The notes beneath the pieces are model-generated. The model was not told where the DNA came from. It worked only from the letters and a program-made list of their open reading frames with translations, and ran no database searches. A program made the position numbers and the translations under genes. A stretch of DNA of 32,000 bases, taken from Trichlorobacter lovleyi SZ (GTDB lineage: Bacteria; Desulfobacterota; Desulfuromonadia; Geobacterales; Pseudopelobacteraceae). Location of the stretch: assembly GCF_000020385.1 (NCBI RefSeq), contig NC_010814.1, positions 1-32,000 of the forward strand, given 5' to 3'. Of the stretch, positions 19,612 to 27,714 are shown piece by piece (position 1 is the first letter of the stretch; each line of letters starts with the position of its first letter).

Positions 19612-19658
19612 TGATGGGTAGAATAAGCAATATACCGATCTGGTTGTCGTTTCTGGCC

Positions 19659-20486
19659 TCAGGCTGCCAGCTTCAGTCTTTGGTAATACGCCTCATCCGG
19701 TGTCTGCTTGTCAAGTGATGTATGCTTTCTGCCGTTGTTGTACCAGTTGAACCAGTCTGTCAGGTCTTTGAAAAGCTCAGTTCCGGTCTCGTAGGTTCTA
19801 AGGTAGATCCTCTCGTATTTGAGGGTACGCCAGAGCCGTTCAATGAAGATGTTGTCCTTGAAACGGCCTTTGCCATCCATGCTGATCCTAACGTTCCACT
19901 GTTTCAGCACTGAGGTGAATGCCTCGCTGGTGAACTGGCACCCCTGGTCGCTGTTGAATATCTCGGGGGCTCCGTATTTGAACAGTGCCTCCTTGAGTGC
20001 TTCGACACAGAAGCGGGTGTCAAGCGTGTTGGACAGGCGCCAAGAGAGCACCTTTCTGGTGCCCCAGTCCATGATGGCAACCAGGTACATGAAGCCTCTG
20101 GCCATCGGAATGTAGGTGATGTCGGTTGCCCACACCTGATTGGGACGGTCAATGGTTAGTCCCCGCAGCAGATATGGGTAAACCGGATGCTTGGGATGCC
20201 GCTTGCTGGTTCCCGGCTTGGGCGACAGAGACTGGATGCCCATCAGCAGCATCAGACGGCGAACCCGGTCACGGCCTACCGGCTCTTCTGGTATTGTCAG
20301 ATGATCTGCCAAAGAGCGACTTCCCATCCAGGGATGCTGCAGATAGAGTTCGTCGATCCGCCGCATGAGTGCAAGATCACCGGAACGAAGGCCGGATGCC
20401 GGACCACGGTAGTAGCTGGCTCTCGCTACCCCGAGCAGTTCACATCTGCGTTCGACAGAAACATCAGGATGGCCGGTAGCGATCAC
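19659..20486 (-). CDS. IS3-family transposase OrfB (DDE integrase core), expressed as an OrfAB fusion
   Basis: WATDITYI, AIMDWGTRKV, FNSDQGCQFTS and ERLWRTLKYE are the DD(35)E region motifs. Confidence 0.92.
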   Translation of the reverse strand: MIATGHPDVSVERRCELLGVARASYYRGPASGLRSGDLALMRRIDELYLQHPWMGSRSLADHLTIPEEPVGRDRVRRLMLLMGIQSLSPKPGTSKRHPKHPVYPYLLRGLTIDRPNQVWATDITYIPMARGFMYLVAIMDWGTRKVLSWRLSNTLDTRFCVEALKEALFKYGAPEIFNSDQGCQFTSEAFTSVLKQWNVRISMDGKGRFKDNIFIERLWRTLKYERIYLRTYETGTELFKDLTDWFNWYNNGRKHTSLDKQTPDEAYYQRLKLAA

Positions 20487-20788
20487 TTTCTGTTTCTGCG
20501 CCCGGTCAAGCTCAGACCGGGCAGATTGGACAAAAAATCGTTTTCCGCCTTGAGCTTGCCGATGACGCGGTGCAGCTCGGCTACTTCGGCGTCGTGATTG
20601 ACCTCTTGCTTCTTCCCTTTGCCGAAGAGGTCTGAGGCGTTTTCAACGAGTTCCTGTTTCCAGTTGCTGATCTGGCTTGGGTGAACTTTGTACTCGCTGG
20701 CGAGCTCGGCCAGCGTCTTGGATTCGGTTAAAGCTGCCAAGGCTACCTTGGCCTTAAATTCTGAACTGTAACGGGTGCGGTGCTGCAT
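20483..20788 (-). CDS. IS3-family transposase OrfA (HTH)
   Basis: 101 aa. YSSEFKAKVALAAL..KTLAELASEYKVHPSQISNWK, followed by a leucine-zipper-like end. Confidence 0.9.
   Translation of the reverse strand: MQHRTRYSSEFKAKVALAALTESKTLAELASEYKVHPSQISNWKQELVENASDLFGKGKKQEVNHDAEVAELHRVIGKLKAENDFLSNLPGLSLTGRRNRK
20501..20537 (-). other. Programmed -1 ribosomal frameshift signal of the IS3 element
   Basis: In the minus sense, the slippery run T TTT TTG (20531-20537) is followed by the stem-loop CCCGGTC-tgagctt-GACCGGG (20501-20521). The -1 frame reads ...SARSELDRAQKQKVIATGHPD into OrfB. Confidence 0.7.
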
Positions 20789-20831
20789 GGAACCTCTCCT
20801 TTCAAAGGGATCGGCTCATTGCTTATACTCA

Positions 20832-21214
20832 TGTCTCAAAAACCGCAACCACTTCACAGTCAGATTCAACATTCCTGTCAGCAGTTTTATGTTTCTAAAA
20901 AATGGGAGTGAATCTGAAAGCTTCTTTTTGGCAAGCTTCTGGCGTTGGCGGACAAGCAGTTTCATACAATGCCCGGCTGTTACGCGTTCAGGCTGCTCCT
21001 CATGGTCTGTATCAAGGGCAGTCATGGCGCAGAAGTCGGAATCCTCGAATATATCCGGCCAGCGTCTGGGGTGACTGGGGCGATGCCAACCGAAGTAGAG
21101 TATGATGTCGATCAGCCAGACTCCAAAAAGCGGGGTATATTTTACATTTTCTCCAGGCCGTTTGCAGCATGTTAGGCTATTTGCTGCTGAGTGAGAAAGG
21201 AATGAAAGTGACAT
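20832..21214 (-). pseudogene. 5' part of the last gene of the WYL-regulated operon (gene X), truncated by the IS3 insertion
   Basis: The start is reassigned to ATG 21214 (MSLSFLSH...), which has GGGAGG 8 nt upstream and conserved element copy 3 48 nt upstream. No family recognised. Confidence 0.35.
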
Positions 21215-21262
21215 GGCTTCTGCCTCCCAACGATAGTGTTGGGTACAGAATGCCACAGAGTG

Positions 21263-21283
21263 GCGACAAGTTGTGTCGTTTTA
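21263..21283 (+). promoter_or_regulatory. Conserved element copy 3: GCGACAAGTTGTGTCGTTTTA
   Basis: It overlaps the MBL gene stop codon and lies 48 nt upstream of ATG 21214. Confidence 0.6.
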
Positions 21284-22549
21284 CAGATTATTGCTACCGA
21301 GATCGTATTCAGTCCCGTCGTTAACCATCAGACAGTTGCCAAAATAAAACTCATAATCTGCAGGGAATTCAGTGTGAACAGGAACCAATTGGCGTGGCTT
21401 AACTGCTTTGACAAGGCGTTGCAGATCTTCAACCGGGGCGTGACCGCTGGTGTGGGCATAGACATACCGAACACCCGGGCGCACTTCATCCTTAATTGAA
21501 CGCATGACTTGGGTATGTATGGCTTCTTCCGGCTTGGGAGCTAGATACCCCTGCCACTGAGAGTAGATCACCGTTGTGGGCTCTTCCTCGCATGCAAATT
21601 TAAATATTAAGCTGGCTGACGATACTTTTAGCAGCATAAGATACTTGGCCGGATGTGTTCGCAGCTCGCCTCCTTTAATTCTGTTTGAAACAGCCTGATT
21701 TATAAAGTCACCGAACATCCCTCGGTTTGCCGGGTCAAACAGAACTGACGACTTCCTCTTATCAAATACCACGCCTATAGAATCCCAGTCGATGGTTGGC
21801 GTACCTTGGGAAACTTGTCGTACCTGCTCCAAAACCCAAGCTGAATAGATATCCAGTACCAGGGTTTTGCCAGTGAATTTGCATGCACGGTAAGCAGAGA
21901 CAATACGATCTATATTCTGTGAAGAAGAAATAAGGAAAGAAATGTTGCGCTGCTTTCTGAGGATGTTTGCAATTTCAGTTTCCACTGATTTTTCATCAGA
22001 AAAGCTGCTGTTATCACGCTGCAGCATGGTGCCTTCCATCAGCATTAGATCTATATTTTGAGGAGGTTTATTGAGCAGCTTTTCAAACAGTACAGACTTG
22101 CGGCCATGGCCCCGGAAGTCCCCTGTATAGAATAAACGCTTCCCTTCGGCTTCGACAATAAATCCGTAGGCATCTGTTGCGGAATGGTCCATCAGATAGG
22201 GGGTGATTGTAATATCCCCGACACTGAAAGGTAGCCAAGCATCAATGGTTCTAAAATCGTTTGCTAATAGCGGGTGTCCCAAGAATAATCTGGTGGCGTT
22301 GAGCAAACCTTTGGCAACTTTGCCTATGTATACCGGCATGGATGAGGGTATCGTGTCAAGCAGTCCACAGTGATCTTGGTGAGAGTGGCTGATTATCAGC
22401 GCATCAGCCGCCAGATCAGCTTCGGTCAGCGGTTGGCTATTAGCTGCCAAGGGAAGACCTGCATCCAGCAGGATACTGATTGTCTCTGTACTGATACGGA
22501 TACAGGTTCCACCTATTTCATGGCTGCCACGGTGGATGGTGAACTTCAT
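21281..22549 (-). CDS. Metallo-beta-lactamase fold nuclease of the beta-CASP type
   Basis: 422 aa. Motifs are LLDAG, ISHSHQDHCG (HxHxDH), MDHSATDAYG, YTGDFRGHG and a C-terminal YAHTSGHAPVEDLQRLVKAVKPRQLVPVHTE (beta-CASP motif C pattern). Confidence 0.8.
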   Translation of the reverse strand: MKFTIHRGSHEIGGTCIRISTETISILLDAGLPLAANSQPLTEADLAADALIISHSHQDHCGLLDTIPSSMPVYIGKVAKGLLNATRLFLGHPLLANDFRTIDAWLPFSVGDITITPYLMDHSATDAYGFIVEAEGKRLFYTGDFRGHGRKSVLFEKLLNKPPQNIDLMLMEGTMLQRDNSSFSDEKSVETEIANILRKQRNISFLISSSQNIDRIVSAYRACKFTGKTLVLDIYSAWVLEQVRQVSQGTPTIDWDSIGVVFDKRKSSVLFDPANRGMFGDFINQAVSNRIKGGELRTHPAKYLMLLKVSSASLIFKFACEEEPTTVIYSQWQGYLAPKPEEAIHTQVMRSIKDEVRPGVRYVYAHTSGHAPVEDLQRLVKAVKPRQLVPVHTEFPADYEFYFGNCLMVNDGTEYDLGSNNL

Positions 22550-22580
22550 AAAACTGTGTCGTCCTTGATATCAGCTTGTC

Positions 22581-23522
22581 TCAGTTCAAGCTGTTCCTGA
22601 ACAGGGGGGATGCACCATATTCGCCTAAAACTTTATTTGCAGCGTTTTCGAGATCCGCAACTTTTTGAAGGTTTTCGACTCCCTGAACCAGAAACAAGGC
22701 TTTAAACTCGATATCAACATTCTCTTGCGGTGCCGCCACACCGGGTAACAGGCCTAACTCAATTTTTTCCCTTAGAATGTTACGAACAGATTCTTTAAAA
22801 GCTCTACGGGCATCTTTATCATTTCCCCCCGAGATAAACTGCTTTAAATCTTCAGCATGTTCTGCTACGCCTGCCTTGCCATCAACAGCTCCCAGGCCCT
22901 GTTTAAACTCAATCAGGTACACAGTAAGAGGTCCAGCGGCATGCAATTCGGTTCGTTCTAATGCGATCATATCAAAACGGCAGAGCCTGCGGCCAGCCGT
23001 CCGTTTGTCGCGACTTCTTTCGCCATGCAGCCAGACAGCATATTCAATATCCAGAATGATCCAGTGAGATGATGGATTCCGAGTGGATTCAGATGCAAGT
23101 TTATGTTGTAGTTCCCGTTCTGTTTTATTGTTGCCATCCTTAAACCAGTCATTCATCACATTTTTCAGCTTCGGGAAGCATTTAACCCAAGATGATGCGT
23201 CCCTAGGTATTTCTTTGAGCCAAGCAGCATCAACCTCCCATTCATCCTTACCTTTCCTCTTGTAGTAGTTTGGATCAAAGCTGAAGTTGATCTGTCTGCC
23301 GCGGAAGCTGCTGATTTTGAGCAGGCTTCCCCCCTTATAGTAGATATTCACATAGCCATCACGAATTTGGAGATCGAGATCGAGATCAGGATCATTTTTT
23401 ACAGCTTCAACAATCACACGTAGTTGTTCCTGGTGTTTTGGGGATACTCTGTCAAATTGAATTCCCCGGATTTTAGGCTTAACTGGCGGTTCTTTGCTCA
23501 AATTGGTCGTAGTGTCGTCCAT
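22581..23522 (-). CDS. Predicted PD-(D/E)XK-like nuclease-fold protein (family not recognised)
   Basis: 313 aa. The candidate catalytic pattern is ERELQHKL ... ILDIEY ... RFDMIAL ... VYLIEFKQG (E / D / ExK). The call rests on motifs only. Confidence 0.45.
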   Translation of the reverse strand: MDDTTTNLSKEPPVKPKIRGIQFDRVSPKHQEQLRVIVEAVKNDPDLDLDLQIRDGYVNIYYKGGSLLKISSFRGRQINFSFDPNYYKRKGKDEWEVDAAWLKEIPRDASSWVKCFPKLKNVMNDWFKDGNNKTERELQHKLASESTRNPSSHWIILDIEYAVWLHGERSRDKRTAGRRLCRFDMIALERTELHAAGPLTVYLIEFKQGLGAVDGKAGVAEHAEDLKQFISGGNDKDARRAFKESVRNILREKIELGLLPGVAAPQENVDIEFKALFLVQGVENLQKVADLENAANKVLGEYGASPLFRNSLN

Positions 23523-23531
23523 AAGATTCTC

Positions 23532-25043
23532 CTATAATTCACAATCAGCAAGATAACGGCTATTAGCCGCCGTGAACCTTTTAACTTCATCTTGGTCGCC
23601 GATCGCTTTCCACTCCTCTAAAATCCTATCCAAACTGTATGGTTCATGCGCCGCCAACAATTCCGCTCGCTTAAGGCATTTTTTTGCCGACTCGATGTCA
23701 TTAAAGTCTTCACGCCATATCTGGGCTAGCCATATCATTTCTCCGTCTGCCGCATCAGGTATAGCATCAGATCGGAGCAGGACGTTTCTTGCTCGTTCTC
23801 GTTCATTGAACTCTATCCAGCATTTTGCTAACTGGATAAGGTTAATAACCGCCCCCAAATTGGTATGTTCAACATGTTCTTCAGCAATTAACAGACACCT
23901 GCGAGCTTCGTCCTTGTCCTTAATTTTATCCTTCCAGAAATCCACGCAGGCACTCCAGGCGGTAAAGTCTTCCGCACGTTTTTCAGCTTCTCGTAGGCAT
24001 CGGATTGACTCCCTCCCGGATTTGTCGACAATCATCCAGTTCTCTGCACATGTAAGCCAATCCCACGCCCGCTCTGCCTGTTTCTCCGCTTCTCCTGGGT
24101 TAATCCTTAGCCATCCCTCTTCTGCAAGCTTGCGTAGTTGCCGACGCGGGTGGCCAAGTAGCACTTTTAGCTTCTTTGCATGATGGGGCTCAACCTTGTT
24201 GTGAAAAAACAGATCATCATTCAATGACGCATATCCTTTTTCGATCTGTACCTCTAATTGTGTGACTGTTTCAGTGAATGCATCGTCTTTGCTGAAGACG
24301 GTGTTCAGCCTCGACAACAGACGAGGAATCAGTTTTCGAGATTTCTTTGCCTCAAGGCACTCGTCAAAAAAATCAAGCATTGAATTAAGCATCTCTGAGT
24401 TGCTATTTTTATCGTCCATCTCGGCACAACAAGTATGGTTATGAGCTTCGGCCCGCTCTATTGCTTTTCTCATCGAGTCATCAAGCAGAAAAATATCTTG
24501 GCACGAAAGCTCTTCAATTGCCTTTACCTGCTCATCAGTAAATGTGCCGACTTTGGTATTGCCCTTGAGAGAAGAGGCTATTTCAATGACACTCCTTACA
24601 ACATACATTGGCCAAGAGGATGCAAGTACCTTATCTACCTTGTTTCCATATTCTTCCGTTATAATTACCGGAGCACATCCATTTTCATCAATAATTGTCG
24701 AGTCCAACGCCGTTGTGATTGGGGCGCCTGGGTAGCCGATATAGATCCTTTTCCAGCTGTCTTGCGGGTCATCACTAGAAACGGTACGACCATCGCATTC
24801 CATCAACTCAAATATTGAGACAATCTCCAGCGTCCCTTCGAGAAACTCGATAAGGCCTGAACCGTGTAGGGTCAACCAGTAGCGGTAGTCCGGAGGTACG
24901 ATCTTATTTTGTTTCTGCTCATACTGTGAAATCTGCTCCTCGGAAACAGGAACCAGCTTGGTATAGGTAATAAGTGGCCGAGCTTGTTCTAAAAACTCCC
25001 ACGCAATCTTGGTTTGCTTTATTACAACATCAGAATATTCCAT
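23532..25043 (-). CDS. SUKH (SMI1/KNR4)-like N-terminal domain fused to Trp-rich TPR/Sel1-like helical repeats
   Basis: 503 aa. IVPPDYRYWLTLHGSGLIEF matches the SUKH LPxDYxxFL..xNG signature. The C-terminal half has repeated A.xxxxxAxxW-type helical units (AERAWDWL, FTAWSACVDFW, LAKCWIEF, LAQIWRED, ILEEWKAI). Confidence 0.55.
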   Translation of the reverse strand: MEYSDVVIKQTKIAWEFLEQARPLITYTKLVPVSEEQISQYEQKQNKIVPPDYRYWLTLHGSGLIEFLEGTLEIVSIFELMECDGRTVSSDDPQDSWKRIYIGYPGAPITTALDSTIIDENGCAPVIITEEYGNKVDKVLASSWPMYVVRSVIEIASSLKGNTKVGTFTDEQVKAIEELSCQDIFLLDDSMRKAIERAEAHNHTCCAEMDDKNSNSEMLNSMLDFFDECLEAKKSRKLIPRLLSRLNTVFSKDDAFTETVTQLEVQIEKGYASLNDDLFFHNKVEPHHAKKLKVLLGHPRRQLRKLAEEGWLRINPGEAEKQAERAWDWLTCAENWMIVDKSGRESIRCLREAEKRAEDFTAWSACVDFWKDKIKDKDEARRCLLIAEEHVEHTNLGAVINLIQLAKCWIEFNERERARNVLLRSDAIPDAADGEMIWLAQIWREDFNDIESAKKCLKRAELLAAHEPYSLDRILEEWKAIGDQDEVKRFTAANSRYLADCEL

Positions 25044-25099
25044 TGCCCCGCCCCCTGGTTGTCATGTGATACGGAAATTTGCCCGGATTAGCGCGAAAT

Positions 25100-26098
25100 T
25101 TATCCAGGTCTATACATCTTGGCATAAGCATCTGCGAGCTCGACATACTCCTGTCGCAGAGAGGCCGGAGCCAGAACCTCCACCCTGCTACCAAAGCCAT
25201 TGAGCCACCAGCGTAGTTGCAGGGTATCTTCCACGGTTGCGGTAAGTTCGTGTCCATCAGCAGTTGCATGTATCTTCTGATTCGCTGCCAATGGAGACTC
25301 TTCAAGCCGCTGCATATCAACCTTGTGACTAAAACGAACTTTCAATCGAATACTACTGCCAACCGGAAACGTCAAAAGCTCTTGCACCCACGCATCCAGA
25401 TCAAAGTCCTCCGGCACGGTGACCGGTTTGTCCAGCAGGTCAATCGTCTGGAACCGGTGCAGCAGCAGCAGGATCGGTTCAACATGCTGGTTGATGGAGG
25501 CGATCAGGTAGGTCAAGCCATCAACAAAGGTCATGCCCAGAGGATTTACCTCTTCGTATGTTTTTGACTTGCCAGATACGGTTGTGTAGGTGGCTTTGAA
25601 GCGTTGTTCCTCCAACAGGGCGGTGTACGCCTTTTCAGTGATTTCCTCTGATATTGTTGGTGGAATGGTCGTCAGGCTGCGGGATAGGACCCTGACCTTA
25701 TTTGGCCAGGCAGCCAGCTTTGGATCAACAGCAGATTTTAAGCGTTGCTCTGCGGTTTTTTGATAGGGGATTAATGCTGAGAGTATGCCTTTCGGGAACA
25801 TCTTTTCCAGATACTGGCTGGCAAGGGTAAAGGTGAGGGCTGTAACCGGATCCATGTTGGGCATGTCAAAGTTTGCAGCATCATCAGTCCATTTCCAGCC
25901 CGATGGTTTTCTTCCGTCACTTGCAATCGGAAAGAGCGCTTCCAGTTCAATCAGATCCCGCTGGATAGTACGCAGGGTAGTTTCAATGCCGTCTTCATGT
26001 TTGAGTCGACTGCAGATCTCAACTGTCGAAATACCGGTTCCCCTCCTGGGGATCATGCGCAGGATTAGCCAGTGGCGATAGAGAGTACTCATGCTCAT
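25100..26098 (-). CDS. WYL-domain transcriptional regulator (wHTH-WYL-WCX architecture, BrxR/CapW-like class)
   Basis: N-terminal wHTH (LYRHWLILRMIP..GISTVEICSRL.....LRTIQRDLIELE), a central WYL-type beta domain (YEEVNPLGMTFVDGLTYLIA) and a C-terminal WCX-like LQLRWWLNGFGSRVEVLAPASLR. The more likely start is ATG 26092, based on GGAG spacing. Confidence 0.8.
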   Translation of the reverse strand: MSMSTLYRHWLILRMIPRRGTGISTVEICSRLKHEDGIETTLRTIQRDLIELEALFPIASDGRKPSGWKWTDDAANFDMPNMDPVTALTFTLASQYLEKMFPKGILSALIPYQKTAEQRLKSAVDPKLAAWPNKVRVLSRSLTTIPPTISEEITEKAYTALLEEQRFKATYTTVSGKSKTYEEVNPLGMTFVDGLTYLIASINQHVEPILLLLHRFQTIDLLDKPVTVPEDFDLDAWVQELLTFPVGSSIRLKVRFSHKVDMQRLEESPLAANQKIHATADGHELTATVEDTLQLRWWLNGFGSRVEVLAPASLRQEYVELADAYAKMYRPG

Positions 26099-26120
26099 TG
26101 CTCCATCATATGGGAGATAT

Positions 26121-26140
26121 GCGACAACTGCTGTCGTTTA
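26121..26140 (+). promoter_or_regulatory. Conserved element copy 4: GCGACAACTGCTGTCGTTTA
   Basis: It lies 22-28 nt upstream of the WYL gene start. In the minus sense it is directly preceded by TTGCCT-N16-TATGAT, a good -35/-10 pair. Confidence 0.65.
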
Positions 26141-26202
26141 TCATAGCAGTGTTTTGGCATGAGGCAATACATAGGAACCGAACTACCAACAGGGGACAAA
26201 GA

Positions 26203-26230
26203 GCTGGCACGCTCTTGCGAGCGTGCCAGC
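26203..26230 (-). terminator. Rho-independent terminator after the acidic-tail gene
   Basis: A perfect 12-bp stem, GCTGGCACGCTC-ttgc-GAGCGTGCCAGC. In the minus sense it is followed by TCTTTGT. It begins 8 nt after the stop at 26238. Confidence 0.75.
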
Positions 26231-26237
26231 AGGATTG

Positions 26238-26609
26238 TTAGAATGAATCATCATCTTCCTGGTGATCATCTCCAGAATCATCAAGCTCATCCTCATCAAT
26301 CTCCAGATCTTCGTCATCTTCAAAATCAGGCAGGTGCTGCTCAACCAGTCGTGCCGGTACGCTTCGGGCATGGGAGAGATCTTGTTGGCGTGCCACAAGC
26401 AAGAACGAGTCGCAGACAACCAGCAGCATCTCCATGTCACGCAGGTGGCTACCAATCTGATTGAGGTAGGAGGGAGTCAGTTTGGGTACTCCGGCAATAC
26501 TCCGTAACTCCGGCCAACCGAGCTGAAACTGCTCATAGCTGTCATTGGCAAAACTCTCGTCGTAAATTTCTGATAGTACCTGTGCTGTCTCTTGTGCGGT
26601 GCGTGCCAT
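26238..26609 (-). CDS. Small protein with an extremely acidic C-terminal tail ending DDDSF
   Basis: 123 aa with an AGGAGG RBS. The tail is PDFEDDEDLEIDEDELDDSGDDHQEDDDSF. The globular part was not recognised. Confidence 0.6.
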   Translation of the reverse strand: MARTAQETAQVLSEIYDESFANDSYEQFQLGWPELRSIAGVPKLTPSYLNQIGSHLRDMEMLLVVCDSFLLVARQQDLSHARSVPARLVEQHLPDFEDDEDLEIDEDELDDSGDDHQEDDDSF

Positions 26610-26652
26610 GATGGGCCTCCTGTATCGTTATGAGTCCATTCTAGTTGAAGGT

Positions 26653-26673
26653 GACGACAGATTGTGTCGTTTG
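26653..26673 (+). promoter_or_regulatory. Conserved element copy 5: GACGACAGATTGTGTCGTTTG
   Basis: It lies 43 nt upstream of the acidic-tail gene start (26609). Confidence 0.6.
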
Positions 26674-26715
26674 TCGACTTGCCTGGAGATCAACAGATAA
26701 TCAAGATCTTCATAT

Positions 26716-27672
26716 CTAGCAGAGGTTGCTAAAACAAAGCGTATCCGCGTGGAAATTGACAAATACAGTGCCGATAGGCCCATTTTTATGTTTTGCAACA
26801 ATAATTTCAGCCAGGTCTTCATGGTTGTGGACGCATGAACCATCACGACGCCTGCAGGCTTTGCAGTAGACCGACTCCCGGTAGATGAGCAATATGACAT
26901 CGGCATCGTCTTCAAGTGAGCCAGTGTTCCCCAAATCACTCAGTTTTGGCCGGGTCTTCTTTGCCTTTCGCCTGCCTACTGACGAATGCAGTTGGGAAAG
27001 CAGAATAACAGCTACACCAAGCTCTCTGGCTAACACCTTTAACGAACTTGAAATTCGGGATATTTCTGTGGGATCAAGAGCTGACCTGGCATCATCCCGC
27101 ATGAGCTGCAGATAGTCTATGATAATGACCTGTACGTTATGATCAACTTTCAGGCGTATGGCCTTGGCAAGGAGCTCCGTAATACTGATACCTGAAGTGT
27201 CGTCAACATAGATGGCGCTTTTCCGTAAGGTCTCTTTCGCATCATCAAGTTTGCACAGATCTGATTCCGATAAATGTCCGGTTCGTGCCCTGCAGATATC
27301 CACGTGGGCAACCGCTGATAGCAAACGTATGCCCAGTTGTTCCTTTGACAGTTCAAGCGAAAATATTGCTGTGGGAATGGTGTGCTTTAGCCCCACGTTC
27401 ATGGCAATGTTCATAGCTAACGAACTTTTGCCATTTGATGGGCGTGACGCTATGACAGTCAAGGTTCCCGGCTGCAATCCGCATAACATATGGTCAAGGT
27501 CTAGAAACCCCGTTGGATATCCGGTTATAGCTCCAGCATGTTCGTGGGACTGCTGAACCATTTTAAGTGATTCATCGATAAACTCATGCACTGCATAAAT
27601 TGGTTGACCGCTATAGCGGTACACAGGTTTGCATAATGAATTCTGTGCCGATTGATTTTCAAATGATTGCAT
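26716..27672 (-). CDS. DnaB-like helicase, C-terminal RecA-type ATPase domain only
   Basis: 318 aa. GYPTGFLDLDHMLCGLQPGTLTVIASRPSNGKSSLAMNIA (Walker A), VIIIDYLQLM (Walker B), ILLSQLHS...RPKLSDLGNTGSLEDDADVILLIYRE, IVAKHKNGPIG. There is no DnaB N-terminal domain. It carries an extra Cys/His stretch, CKACRRRDGSCVHNH. Confidence 0.8.
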   Translation of the reverse strand: MQSFENQSAQNSLCKPVYRYSGQPIYAVHEFIDESLKMVQQSHEHAGAITGYPTGFLDLDHMLCGLQPGTLTVIASRPSNGKSSLAMNIAMNVGLKHTIPTAIFSLELSKEQLGIRLLSAVAHVDICRARTGHLSESDLCKLDDAKETLRKSAIYVDDTSGISITELLAKAIRLKVDHNVQVIIIDYLQLMRDDARSALDPTEISRISSSLKVLARELGVAVILLSQLHSSVGRRKAKKTRPKLSDLGNTGSLEDDADVILLIYRESVYCKACRRRDGSCVHNHEDLAEIIVAKHKNGPIGTVFVNFHADTLCFSNLC

Positions 27673-27714
27673 AACGCCTCCAGCTGTAGAGTGTGCACAA
27701 GAGTAACCTCATAA

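Larger units (their letters stand above)
19612..20831 (-). mobile_element. IS3-family insertion sequence (ends accurate to about 5 bp)
   Basis: Imperfect inverted repeats are TGATGGGTAGAATAAGCAATATACCGATC (19612-) and, as the reverse complement of 20831-, TGAGTATAAGCAATGAGCCGATC. It has orfA/orfB with a -1 frameshift signal. No clear 3-bp duplication was seen. Confidence 0.8.

Noticed and set aside
19634-19652. TGTCGTTT preceded by CGATC (ACCGATCTGGTTGTCGTTTCT), resembling a seventh copy of the conserved element. There is also a half-site ACTGTGTCGTCC at about 22553-22564 upstream of the MBL gene.
   Set aside because: The first lies inside the IS3 terminal repeat and its left arm does not match. 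The second has no left arm at the fixed spacing. I treated both as chance or half-sites only.
20775-21175. Plus-strand ORFs 20775..21074, 20902..21105 and 20945..21175 between the IS3 element and the MBL gene
   Set aside because: The first starts inside the IS3 end. All three are antisense to the minus-strand ORF, which has an RBS and the conserved upstream element. None has start-site support.
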